NCBI GenBank assembly: GCA_001577185.1
Contig: LSCM01000002.1
Span: 1 to 27,981 of the forward strand
Direction of reading: 5' to 3'
DNA from: Cloacimonetes bacterium TCS62
GTDB lineage: Bacteria; Cloacimonadota; Cloacimonadia; Cloacimonadales; TCS61
Length of the DNA: 27,981 nucleotides
Of the stretch, positions 9,591 to 17,976 are shown in pieces. The position numbers were made by a program, and so were the translations under genes. Position 1 is the first letter of the stretch. Each line of letters starts with the position of its first letter. The notes under the pieces were generated by a model, which worked only from the letters and a program-made list of their open reading frames with translations, was not told the origin of the DNA and searched no databases.

Positions 9591-10565
9591 TTACTTGAGT
9601 AGGATCATCTTCTTGGTGGAGGTGTAACGATCTCCGGCTTTCATTTTATAGAAATAGATTCCACTTGGAACAACGAAATTGTTTGCATCGGTACCATTCC
9701 AAACTACAGAATGATTTCCTACCGGCATAGCTTCATCCACAAGAGTATTTACTACTTCCCCTTTAACATTATATACAGTAAGACTTACATTTGAGTTTTC
9801 TACCAGATTAAATTGGATAGTTGTTTCAGGATTGAACGGATTGGGATAATTATCATTCAATACCGGAATAGCTTCAACGGTTGTTGGTTGAGTAAATACT
9901 TCTTCGATAAGATCGTCCGGTGTTCTGGGATTAATTGCAAACTCATCATAGCTGTAATCTACACAACCAATAATTCTTCCCCAAAACATATCTACTTCGA
10001 TCACGATAGGTGGAACAACTTCATCTAAATAGAAGAAACCGTCATCTACCTGGCATTCACCTGAACCATCATCTATATACCATTCTCCGTAATCATTCTG
10101 TGTTTCTGTAACTGTAACACCGTCAACTTGAACTAAACAACCTTCATATTGTTCAGCTAATGCAGGAACAACTAGGTCTAGTGTAGTTACTTCAATTGGA
10201 TCTGGTACGTCATTTCCCTGACTGAGAATATTTATTGTACAATATCCCAATTCGGTTAGACCATAATATTCCGTAACTGTACCAGTAACTTCTACTTCAT
10301 CTCCAACCATTGGACCAGTTTCATAATCATAAACGTAAACTCCATGCCAAGGTCCACCACCGGGATCAGTCAAAAAGAATTTGTTATCTTGATTGTAATT
10401 TTCTCCGGTAACTATACCAGTTACAGTAACTTCTTCATCAACCATTGGTGATGGATAAGTTCCATCAGGTCCGGCTTCAGTTGTGTACTGAATGTCATAA
10501 ATAGTTGTGGCAAAAACAGATGAAACCACAAAGATCACTACGGTAAATACAAATAATTTTTTCAT
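9591..10565 (-). CDS. Secreted protein with a C-terminal T9SS (Por/FlgD-Ig-like) sorting domain
   Basis: 324 aa counted from the ATG at 10565 (MKKLFVFTVVIFVVSSVFA, a signal peptide), preceded by an AAAGGAGGA SD. The track's longer start is upstream of that SD. The C-terminal ~80 aa (NYPNPFNPETTIQFNL...VYNVKGEVVNTLVD...GNHSVVWNGTD...PSGIYFYKMKAGDRYTSTKKMILLK) matches the T9SS type-A C-terminal domain pattern. Two beta-rich modules lie N-terminal to it (TIYDIQYT...VTVTGIVTG...VGDEVEVTGTVTEYYGLTEL, then a second OB-like module). Confidence 0.8.
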   Translation of the reverse strand: MKKLFVFTVVIFVVSSVFATTIYDIQYTTEAGPDGTYPSPMVDEEVTVTGIVTGENYNQDNKFFLTDPGGGPWHGVYVYDYETGPMVGDEVEVTGTVTEYYGLTELGYCTINILSQGNDVPDPIEVTTLDLVVPALAEQYEGCLVQVDGVTVTETQNDYGEWYIDDGSGECQVDDGFFYLDEVVPPIVIEVDMFWGRIIGCVDYSYDEFAINPRTPDDLIEEVFTQPTTVEAIPVLNDNYPNPFNPETTIQFNLVENSNVSLTVYNVKGEVVNTLVDEAMPVGNHSVVWNGTDANNFVVPSGIYFYKMKAGDRYTSTKKMILLK

Positions 10566-10602
10566 AATTATTCCTCCTTTAAATTTATTTACTTTGAATT
10601 CA

Positions 10603-10631
10603 TATAAAATGCTATTATATGATAATGTCAA
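10603..10631 (-). promoter_or_regulatory. Putative promoter of the T9SS-cargo gene
   Basis: On the minus strand, TTGACA (10626-10631) is followed by a 17-nt spacer and TTTATA (10603-10608). A perfect TATAAT also lies inside the spacer, so the exact architecture is ambiguous. Confidence 0.3.
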
Positions 10632-10656
10632 GTTATAATTGTCCCTAATTAAATTC

Positions 10657-10685
10657 TTGACATGAAAGCAGATGTATCAAAGCTA
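10657..10685 (+). promoter_or_regulatory. Putative promoter of rho
   Basis: ATTCTTGACA contains TTGACA at 10657-10662. After a 17-nt spacer comes AAGCTA at 10680-10685 (context TCAAAGCTA). This is the same layout as upstream of the TonB-dependent receptor gene. An AAGGAG SD lies at 10715-10720. Confidence 0.3.
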
Positions 10686-10725
10686 ACACAAATTCTAAAA
10701 AAATATTAACAATTAAGGAGCAGGA

Positions 10726-11988
10726 ATGGCAAAAGATAAAAAAAATCTTTTCGATAAAACTCTTAAAGATCTTAAAAAAATCGCTAAAGATTTGGATCTG
10801 GATGATATTAATAAACTTAATAAAAATGATTTGATACACAAGATCTTTGAGGTGAAAGCTATGCAAGAAGGCTTAGCTTTTATCTCCGGATGTTTAGAGA
10901 TAATGGATGATGGTTATGGTTTTATACGATTTATAAAGAATAATTATACCCACGGAAGAAGTGATGTCTATATGTCGAGTTCACAAATAAAACTCTTTAA
11001 TTTAAAAAAAGGAAATATTGTGTCCGGTCCGGCAAGAGCACCTAAGGATGACGAAAAATATTTTGCATTGATAAGAGTCGATTCTGTAAATTATGAAAAG
11101 CCGACTAAAATCCGTGAAGCTACTAACTTTTCAAGACTTACTCCATATTATCCTGAAGAAAGATTAAAATTAGAGACCAAAAAGGATCTTATGTCGACAA
11201 GGATTGTAGATCTTTTTACACCGATTGGTAAAGGTCAGAGAGGGGTGATAGTTGCAGCACCCAGAACAGGAAAAACCGTTCTAATGCAAAATATTGCTAA
11301 CGCAATTTTAACAAATCACAAAGAAACCTATGTAATTGTATTACTTGTAGATGAACGACCAGAAGAAGTAACCGAGATGAAGAAGATCTTAATTCCTGAG
11401 AATTCTGAGGTAGTCAGCTCTACCTTTGATGAGCAACCGCGTAACCATATTCAAGTAGCAGAAATGGTTATTGAAAAAGCAAAAAGAATGGTTGAACTAG
11501 GGAAGGATGTGGTTATTATGTTAGATAGTATCACGCGTCTTGCCCGAGCTTATAATATGGCTCAACCCTCTAGTGGAAGAGTGCTTTCCGGAGGTTTGGA
11601 TGCTGGCTCTTTACACCGTCCAAAGAAATTTTTTGGATCAGCAAGAAATACTTTGGAATCAGGTAGCTTAACAATTATCGCAACTGCTCTTGTAGATACA
11701 GGAAGCAGAATGGATCAAGTTATTTTTGAGGAATTCAAAGGTACTGGTAATATGGAGCTTGTGCTCGATCGCTCTATCAGTGATCTGCGGATGTATCCTG
11801 CTGTGGATCTCGTAAAATCTGGAACACGACGTGAAGAATTATTACTTACTAAGGAAGAAGTTCAGAGAATGTTCGTTCTAAGGCAGTTCTTAAAAGGGAT
11901 GAGTCCTCTTAAAGGTATTGAGATGCTCAAAAATAAGATGAAATCCACTAAGAATAATGCTGAATTCCTAAAGGTAATGAGTAAATAG
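10726..11988 (+). CDS. rho: Transcription termination factor Rho
   Basis: 420 aa. It has a Rho_N helix bundle ([30 protein letters not shown]), a cold-shock-like RNA-binding domain (GYGFIRF), Walker A AAPRTGKT, Walker [11 protein letters not shown] and the C-terminal [11 protein letters not shown] motif. Confidence 0.97.
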   Translation: MAKDKKNLFDKTLKDLKKIAKDLDLDDINKLNKNDLIHKIFEVKAMQEGLAFISGCLEIMDDGYGFIRFIKNNYTHGRSDVYMSSSQIKLFNLKKGNIVSGPARAPKDDEKYFALIRVDSVNYEKPTKIREATNFSRLTPYYPEERLKLETKKDLMSTRIVDLFTPIGKGQRGVIVAAPRTGKTVLMQNIANAILTNHKETYVIVLLVDERPEEVTEMKKILIPENSEVVSSTFDEQPRNHIQVAEMVIEKAKRMVELGKDVVIMLDSITRLARAYNMAQPSSGRVLSGGLDAGSLHRPKKFFGSARNTLESGSLTIIATALVDTGSRMDQVIFEEFKGTGNMELVLDRSISDLRMYPAVDLVKSGTRREELLLTKEEVQRMFVLRQFLKGMSPLKGIEMLKNKMKSTKNNAEFLKVMSK

Positions 11989-12025
11989 AAACTATAAGTT
12001 TTAAATTTCTGTAGGTATCAAGATA

Positions 12026-13228
12026 ATGGAGATCCTTTCACCAGCTGGTAATTTGGAAAAGTTGAAGTACGCAATAAAATATGGTGCTGATGCAGTGTAT
12101 ACAGCCGGAAAGGAATTTGGATTAAGAGCACAAAGCGCAAATCTTAATAATAACGAACTTAAAGAAGCGGTGAATTTTTGTCACAAAAATGACGTAAAAA
12201 TTTATGTAACTGTTAATGTATTTGCCCATAATAGTGAAATAAATAAATTACCTTCGTACTTAGAATTTCTGGATTCAGTTGGTGTAGATGCATTGATAAT
12301 TTCTGATCCAGGAGTTTTTGTATTAGCTAAAGAACATGCAAGCCAAATACCCATTCACATAAGTACACAAGCTAATGTAACATCCTGGAAATCAGCAGAA
12401 TTTTGGAAGAAATTAGGAGCAAAAAGAATAATCTTAGCTCGTGAGTTAACAAAATTTGAGATCAGAGAGATAAAAAAGAAAGTTCCAGATCTGGAATTAG
12501 AGATTTTTGTGCATGGAGCTATGTGTATGTCTTATTCTGGAAGATGCTTATTGAGTTCTTTTTTAAACGGGCGAGATGCTAATAGGGGGAATTGTTCTCA
12601 ACCATGCAGATGGGAATATCAATTGCAGGAGAAGAAGCGTCCTAATGAAAGTTTTCCTATTGAAGAGGATAAATTTGGAACATATATATTAAATTCAAAG
12701 GATCTGTGTTTACTTGATCAATTACCGGTTATATTAGATTATGATATCGACAGCATTAAGATCGAAGGGCGGATGAAAAGTTTGTATTATGTTGCCAATG
12801 TTACACGAACATATAAAAGTGCATTAGACGCGATAAAAACACGAAAAGATAAAGACAATCATAAACTTAGAGCCGAACTAGATAAAATCAGCCATCGAGT
12901 TTATACTGAAGGTTTTTTCCATAGATTTGAGGCAATAGATACTCAGAATCATTTATCATCTGCTTATATTAGAAACTATCAATTTATTGGTGAAATCGTT
13001 GAACAAAAAGAAAATTTTGTTTATATTGCTGTCAGGGCAAAATTTGAAATTGGAGATAAAATTGAGATAATTTTTCCAGATATTGCAGAAGATCTAATAG
13101 TACAAGTAGAAGAAATATTTGATGAAGATGATAATTTGATAAAATTTACAAAACCGAATACGATCGTTAAAATGTATATTGATAGCGATATACCAATTCA
13201 CGGAATCGTTAGGATGAAAATAAAATGA
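12026..13228 (+). CDS. Peptidase U32 family protein (collagenase-like / RNA-hydroxylation family)
   Basis: 400 aa. The string EIFVHGAMCMSYSGRCLLS fits the U32 family signature E-x-F-x2-G-[SA]-[LIVM]-C-x4-G-x-C-x-[LIVM]-S as I remember it. The N-terminal MEILSPAGNLEKLKYAIKYGADAVY is typical of the family. Confidence 0.88.
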   Translation: MEILSPAGNLEKLKYAIKYGADAVYTAGKEFGLRAQSANLNNNELKEAVNFCHKNDVKIYVTVNVFAHNSEINKLPSYLEFLDSVGVDALIISDPGVFVLAKEHASQIPIHISTQANVTSWKSAEFWKKLGAKRIILARELTKFEIREIKKKVPDLELEIFVHGAMCMSYSGRCLLSSFLNGRDANRGNCSQPCRWEYQLQEKKRPNESFPIEEDKFGTYILNSKDLCLLDQLPVILDYDIDSIKIEGRMKSLYYVANVTRTYKSALDAIKTRKDKDNHKLRAELDKISHRVYTEGFFHRFEAIDTQNHLSSAYIRNYQFIGEIVEQKENFVYIAVRAKFEIGDKIEIIFPDIAEDLIVQVEEIFDEDDNLIKFTKPNTIVKMYIDSDIPIHGIVRMKIK

Positions 13229-14163
13229 AAAATGTTATTATTCTCATAATTATTATTAACACTTCATTCAACTTACTAGCTAATTTAGCTGATGAATATC
13301 AAGATCTTAGATCCAGCAGCAATGATCCATTAAAATCCTATCTAGATTTTGCTGAAGAGCATTCCAATGAGATCTATGGACAAAAAGCGTTTTTAGAGGC
13401 TGCTAAAATAGAAATTTTAAGGAGAAATTATAATGATGCGATAAAATATCTGAATGAAGTGCATAATTCGGCTCTGAAAGAAAAGTATTTTTGGTTAGCA
13501 AAAACATATTTAAAAATAGATAAATACCATAAATCGATTATGTCATCGCAAGTTTATATTACCGATTCAGATAATCGTAATAAAATAGAAATTGCTTATT
13601 TTCTAATTGCTGAGGCCTATATACAAGAAGAAATGTATAAAAGAGCCTTAAGAACATTGGAAACATTAAAAACTTCGAAATATATAAATAATAATATTCC
13701 ATATCTTCATTTTAAAATCGGTAATTGTTATGAATTAATGGGAAGAACATCAGAAGCTTTGATGGCATATAAAAAATTAAAAGTAGATTTCCCATATACT
13801 CACTTAAGTTATTTAGCTGAAGATAGATTGATCGAAATAGCTGAAACTGAAAATTTACCTACAATAAAATCTCAGGCTGATATTCATAATGGACAGAGAA
13901 AACAGATTTCAAAATCTGCTAAAGGTGAAGATATGAAAATATATTTACAAATAGGTGCCTTTAATTCTGAACAAAATGCTAAATTACTCAACCTTAAAGT
14001 TGGGAATTATGGCTATGAAACAGTTATTTTCTCCAAGATTAAAAATAATACTAAATTTTATGTAGTTGCTGTTGGTCCTTTCGAAGATGATGCTAATTTG
14101 AAAAAAGCATCAAAGATCTTGAAAGAAAATAACTTGGCTTCCTTTGTTATTAAAAGATACTAA
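13225..14163 (+). CDS. TPR-like repeat protein with a C-terminal SPOR (peptidoglycan-binding) domain
   Basis: 312 aa. It has an N-terminal hydrophobic anchor or signal and helical repeat segments (AKIEILRRNYNDAIKYL.., IGNCYELMGRTSEALMAYKKL). The C-terminal YLQIGAFNSEQNAKLL....FYVVAVGPFEDDANLKKASKIL matches the SPOR pattern. Its start overlaps the upstream stop as ATGA. Confidence 0.75.
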   Translation: MKNVIILIIIINTSFNLLANLADEYQDLRSSSNDPLKSYLDFAEEHSNEIYGQKAFLEAAKIEILRRNYNDAIKYLNEVHNSALKEKYFWLAKTYLKIDKYHKSIMSSQVYITDSDNRNKIEIAYFLIAEAYIQEEMYKRALRTLETLKTSKYINNNIPYLHFKIGNCYELMGRTSEALMAYKKLKVDFPYTHLSYLAEDRLIEIAETENLPTIKSQADIHNGQRKQISKSAKGEDMKIYLQIGAFNSEQNAKLLNLKVGNYGYETVIFSKIKNNTKFYVVAVGPFEDDANLKKASKILKENNLASFVIKRY

Positions 14164-14164
14164 T

Positions 14165-16792
14165 ATGGCCGAAAAGAAAAAACTTACACCAATGTTAAAA
14201 CAATTTGTCAATATCAAAGAAAAGCATCCAGACAAATTCATTTTATTCAGAATGGGTGATTTTTATGAAACATTCTTTGATGATGCAAAAAAAGCCGCCA
14301 AAATTTTAGGGATAACATTAACCGCTCGGGATAAAAAAGCTGAAAATCCAATTCCTTTAGCTGGGTTTCCATATCATGCATTAGATAACTATTTAGATAA
14401 ACTTGTAAAACGAGGTGAAAAAGTAGTAATATGCGAACAGCTAGAAGATCCCAAAAAGGCAAAAGGTATTGTAAAAAGAGGGATTGTAGATATTATAACC
14501 CCGGGCTCTATCCTCGATGGAAAATTGATAAATCAATTCGATCATAATTTTTTAGCAGCAGTTTATTTACCAAAAAATAAAAAAGTATACGGTTTTTCAA
14601 TAATAGATATTTCTACTGGTGATTTTCGCTTCACTGAAGTTAACGAGAAAATGTTATTGAATGAAATCCAAAGAAATAAACCTTCTGAAATCATTGTTGA
14701 TAATGAAGCAAGTAAGAAATACATCTCAGAATTCAAAATGGATTATGAACCTACAATAACTATTTATGAAAGTTGGTTTTTTGATCATGATGAAGCAAAG
14801 AAAATACTAAAAAAACATTTTGGTACAACAACTTTAGAAGGGTTTGGGGCAAAAGACCGAAAAACCGGAACAACTGCTGCAGGAATTGCCCTAGGTTATG
14901 TAAAATCATTAAAGAATGGTGAATTAAAACATATAAGTAAGTTGCAGCACTATGCGATCAGTGATTTTATGCAATTAGATGAAATATCTAGAAGAAATCT
15001 TGAACTAAATAGATCGATACGTTACGGTACAGATTTTGGAACATTAGCTAAAAGTATTGATAAAACAAAAACTCCTATGGGTGCTCGCAAGTTAAATGAT
15101 TGGATGCTGAATCCTTTGCTCAACAAACAAATGATAGAAAAACGCTCTGGAGCAGTGGAAGCTTTAATAGAGAAATTTTCATTTACAATTGAACTTCGAG
15201 AGATATTAAAATCAATTGGAGATCTTAGTCGAATAATTAGTAAGATAGGTTCACTTAGAGCTAATCCTAGAGATATGATCGCACTAATTAATTATCTGCA
15301 AACATCACCTTCAATATCAGAAATTTTAGATAAATTTGATGATGTATTATTAGATTCTCTGAAAGACCAAATTGAAGATTATACTAGTATTCAAAATTTG
15401 ATAGATAGTGCCATTATAGAAGAAGCCCCGACCCAGATTACGGATGGTGGAGTTATAAAAGAAGGTTATAATGATGATTTAGATGATCTTAGGGAAGTTA
15501 GTAAAAATGGCAAGAGTTGGATTGCAAAACTTGAGAAAGAGGAAAAAGACAAAACTGGAATATCTTCATTGAAAGTAAGCTATAATAAAGTTTTTGGTTA
15601 TTACATTGAAGTAACTAAAACGCATAAAGATAAAGTTCCAGAATATTACATTAGAAAGCAGACTTTAGTTAATTCCGAAAGATATATAAGCCCCAAGTTA
15701 AAAGAATATGAAGCAAAAGTTTTAGGTGCAGAAGAGAGGATCAAAAATCTTGAATATGAACTTTTTGTGGAGATCAGAAAGAAACTCTATGAAAAAGTTG
15801 AATTTATGCAGAAGTTTGTGGTAGTTGTAACAAAGCTGGATGTATTAAGTAATTTTGCTTTTATAGGTCATAATAGGAATTATACAAAACCTCAGTTTAA
15901 TGATGAATTTGAATTGGAAATTAAGAATAGTAGACATCCGGTTATTGAATTGATCCTTGAGGATGAAGAATTTATCCCAAATGATGTGAATATGGACAAT
16001 AAAAATAATTTGATAACTTTATTAACAGGTCCAAATATGGCAGGGAAGTCTACATACTTAAGACAAATCGGATTATTAGCGATCATGGCTCAAATGGGAA
16101 GTTTTATCCCTGCAGAATCAGCAAATATGCCAATATTTGATAAAGTTTTTACACGTGTGGGAGCTTCGGATAATTTAGCCATGGGGCAGAGTACCTTCTT
16201 GGTTGAGATGATCGAAACTGCAAACATCTTAAATTCTGCTACTCCACGCTCATTGATCTTACTTGATGAGATTGGAAGAGGAACTAGTACATTTGATGGG
16301 CTGAGTTTGGCTTGGGCAATTGTGGAACATATTCACAATAATTCCAACATTTCAGCTATGACACTATTTGCTACCCACTATCATGAACTTACCGAATTAG
16401 AAAATATCCTCACAAAAGTGAAAAATTATAATATCCTGGTCAAAGAATGGAATGATGAAATAATATTTCTGAGGAAAATTGAACGAGGGTGTGCAGATCA
16501 GAGCTATGGAATACAAGTAGCTCGTTTAGCCGGTGTTCCACAAAAAGTTATTAATAGAGCAAAACAGATATTACAGAATTTAGAGGAGCACGAACTTAGT
16601 CCGCAGGGACTTTCTGCTAATGCTAAAAAATCGCTAGTTACAAATGCATCTCAAATGGATATTTTTGATGCTATTATAGAAAAATCTGATAAAAAAGATA
16701 AAATTCTCCAGCAGATAAAAGAGTTAGATGTAAATAATCTAACTCCGATAGAAGCAATAAAAAAACTGTCAGAATTGCAAGATAAATTATGA
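14165..16792 (+). CDS. mutS: DNA mismatch repair protein MutS
   Basis: 875 aa counted from the ATG at 14165 (MAEKKKLTPMLKQF; the track's start at 14144 is a TTG overlapping the upstream gene). Landmarks are the mismatch-binding FRMGDFYETFFDDA, Walker A GPNMAGKST, and DEIGRGTSTFDG and ATHYHEL. Confidence 0.97.
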   Translation: MAEKKKLTPMLKQFVNIKEKHPDKFILFRMGDFYETFFDDAKKAAKILGITLTARDKKAENPIPLAGFPYHALDNYLDKLVKRGEKVVICEQLEDPKKAKGIVKRGIVDIITPGSILDGKLINQFDHNFLAAVYLPKNKKVYGFSIIDISTGDFRFTEVNEKMLLNEIQRNKPSEIIVDNEASKKYISEFKMDYEPTITIYESWFFDHDEAKKILKKHFGTTTLEGFGAKDRKTGTTAAGIALGYVKSLKNGELKHISKLQHYAISDFMQLDEISRRNLELNRSIRYGTDFGTLAKSIDKTKTPMGARKLNDWMLNPLLNKQMIEKRSGAVEALIEKFSFTIELREILKSIGDLSRIISKIGSLRANPRDMIALINYLQTSPSISEILDKFDDVLLDSLKDQIEDYTSIQNLIDSAIIEEAPTQITDGGVIKEGYNDDLDDLREVSKNGKSWIAKLEKEEKDKTGISSLKVSYNKVFGYYIEVTKTHKDKVPEYYIRKQTLVNSERYISPKLKEYEAKVLGAEERIKNLEYELFVEIRKKLYEKVEFMQKFVVVVTKLDVLSNFAFIGHNRNYTKPQFNDEFELEIKNSRHPVIELILEDEEFIPNDVNMDNKNNLITLLTGPNMAGKSTYLRQIGLLAIMAQMGSFIPAESANMPIFDKVFTRVGASDNLAMGQSTFLVEMIETANILNSATPRSLILLDEIGRGTSTFDGLSLAWAIVEHIHNNSNISAMTLFATHYHELTELENILTKVKNYNILVKEWNDEIIFLRKIERGCADQSYGIQVARLAGVPQKVINRAKQILQNLEEHELSPQGLSANAKKSLVTNASQMDIFDAIIEKSDKKDKILQQIKELDVNNLTPIEAIKKLSELQDKL

Positions 16793-17202
16793 TACTTGTA
16801 AGTGCATGTTTAGCTGGGATAAATTGCCGTTATGATGGTAAAAATAATATTGAACAGAAGGTTGTAAAACTGGTTGAAGAAGGAAAAGCATTTCCAATCT
16901 GTCCTGAACAATTAGGTGGCTTACCTACTCCAAGATCTCCAGCAGAGATAAGTGGAAAAAAAGTAATTGATATAAATGGGAATGATGTGACTCAAAAATT
17001 TGTGAAGGGTGCTACAGAAACACTTAAGATTGCGGAATTACTAAATTGTAAAAAAGCAATTTTAAAACAAAATTCACCATCTTGTGGTTATGGACGAATT
17101 TATGATGGATCACATTCTGATAAAATAATAAGCGGTAATGGACTTACATCTGACATGTTAAGTAATCATAATATAACGATTTTAACTGAGGAAGATATCT
17201 AA
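16789..17202 (+). CDS. DUF523 family protein (TudS-like Fe-S thiouracil desulfidase family)
   Basis: 137 aa. The N-terminal ILVSACLAGINCRYDGK plus the later ICPE and SPSCG cysteines are typical of DUF523. Its start overlaps the mutS stop (ATGA). Confidence 0.75.
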   Translation: MILVSACLAGINCRYDGKNNIEQKVVKLVEEGKAFPICPEQLGGLPTPRSPAEISGKKVIDINGNDVTQKFVKGATETLKIAELLNCKKAILKQNSPSCGYGRIYDGSHSDKIISGNGLTSDMLSNHNITILTEEDI

Positions 17203-17271
17203 AAAGTTACAATATCTGATAAACTTAAGAAATAGTAATAGTCCATTTCATCAGAATAATGACGTACAAAT

Positions 17272-17299
17272 AAAAAAACCGAAGTTTGCACTTCGGTTT
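17272..17299. terminator. Bidirectional Rho-independent terminator (HU operon on the minus strand, mutS/DUF523 run on the plus strand)
   Basis: AAACCGAAGT (17276-17285) pairs with ACTTCGGTTT (17290-17299) around the loop TTGC. The A-run at 17272-17278 gives a 7-T tail on the minus strand. On the plus strand the stem is followed by a T-rich stretch. Confidence 0.8.
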
Positions 17300-17305
17300 A
17301 TTACT

Positions 17306-17401
17306 TTATTTATTTTTCTTTTTATGCCGATTCTTGCGGCTTCTTTTCTTACGTTTATGCTTTGATATTTTTTTACGTTTTCTTTTTTTTCCACTTGGCA
17401 T
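17306..17401 (-). CDS. 31-aa hyperbasic small protein, bS22-like (AURKAIP1/COX24-type) candidate ribosomal protein
   Basis: This ORF is not in the supplied track. I translated it by hand as ATG(17401)..TAA(17306) = MPSGKKRKRKKISKHKRKKRSRKNRHKKKNK. The ATG is 15 nt downstream of the HU stop and is preceded by GAGGGAAGG (SD). The terminator above follows it immediately. The MPSGKKRKR..HKRKK..RKNRHKKK pattern matches my memory of the small bS22-type proteins of Bacteroidota and Actinobacteria. Confidence 0.6.
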   Translation of the reverse strand: MPSGKKRKRKKISKHKRKKRSRKNRHKKKNK

Positions 17402-17416
17402 ATAAACCTTCCCTCT

Positions 17417-17713
17417 TTACTTAAGCATGTCTTGATTTGATTCGTTTACGTTTTCTTTGAATCCTCTGGAGAATTTAAATGTAGGAACAATTCTTTCCGG
17501 AACGATTACTTTTTCTTCAGTTTTGGGATTTCTTCCAATACGTTTTTTACGTTTCTTTAATTTAAAAGTTCCATATCCCCTTATCTCAATATGTTTACCA
17601 TCTTTCATCGCATCTTTTACAGCTTCCAGAAAAGAGTCGACTGCAAGGGCAACATCCTTTCTTATAATTCCAGTGTCTTCAGAAACTACTTTTACTAAAT
17701 CAGCTTTAGTCAT
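17417..17713 (-). CDS. HU/IHF family DNA-binding protein
   Basis: 98 aa. Family landmarks are MTKADLV....TG....V..AVDSFLEAV, IEIRGYGTFKLKKRKKRIGRNPKTEEKVIVPERIVPTFKFS (the beta-arm with RNPKT) and an AAAGGAGA SD. Confidence 0.92.
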   Translation of the reverse strand: MTKADLVKVVSEDTGIIRKDVALAVDSFLEAVKDAMKDGKHIEIRGYGTFKLKKRKKRIGRNPKTEEKVIVPERIVPTFKFSRGFKENVNESNQDMLK

Positions 17714-17747
17714 AAAATTATCTCCTTTATTAATTTTCGCTGTTAAC

Positions 17748-17776
17748 TTTGTTTAAAAATAGGTTTTACCTGTCAA
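17748..17776 (-). promoter_or_regulatory. Putative promoter of the HU operon
   Basis: On the minus strand, GTTCTTGACA contains TTGACA at 17771-17776, about 58 nt upstream of the ATG. The -10 is unclear: a 17-nt spacer gives AACAAA. Confidence 0.3.
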
Positions 17777-17917
17777 GAACTTTCTTCGTAACCCTATCAA
17801 AATAAGAATGTTACAAGTTTTTGGATAAATTGCTCTAGAAATATTTAGCTCGAGTGAATTATTAACTTCTTTTATCCTACCTGAAAATCTGTTATGCTCA
17901 AAGCCGTTAATTATTCA

Positions 17918-17946
17918 TTGACAGTAGAAAAGTAAAATATTTTTTG
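17918..17946 (+). promoter_or_regulatory. Putative promoter of the oxidoreductase / ether-lipid gene string
   Basis: TTGACA lies at 17918-17923 (CATTGACA), 54 nt upstream of the 17977 ATG, in a 263-nt divergent intergenic region. No convincing -10 hexamer sits at 17-nt spacing. Confidence 0.25.
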
Positions 17947-17976
17947 AATAAGTTTAGAAAGGAGTTATAAAGAAAT

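Noticed and set aside
9813-10028. Antisense or out-of-frame ORFs inside other confident genes (9813-10028, 14247-14462, 15892-16086, 17457-17756, 18144-18368, 20360-20551, 21343-21555, 26029-26259)
   Set aside because: Each is nested within a CDS that has strong family motifs. They show no independent start signals and are considered six-frame noise. The coordinates given cover only the first example.
10645-10866. 73-aa minus-strand ORF overlapping the rho start
   Set aside because: It overlaps the rho promoter, SD and N-terminus in antisense. Its translation is Ile/Phe-rich nonsense. Rho is unambiguous.
14144-14164. Longer N-terminal extensions offered by the ORF track (TTG or ATG starts at 9523, 10631, 14144, 20734, 21489, 23230, 24023, 26777)
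   Set aside because: In each case a downstream ATG is preceded by a GGAG-type SD. That ATG also begins the recognisable protein (a signal peptide or a conserved N-terminus). The extension would overlap the upstream gene or the SD itself.
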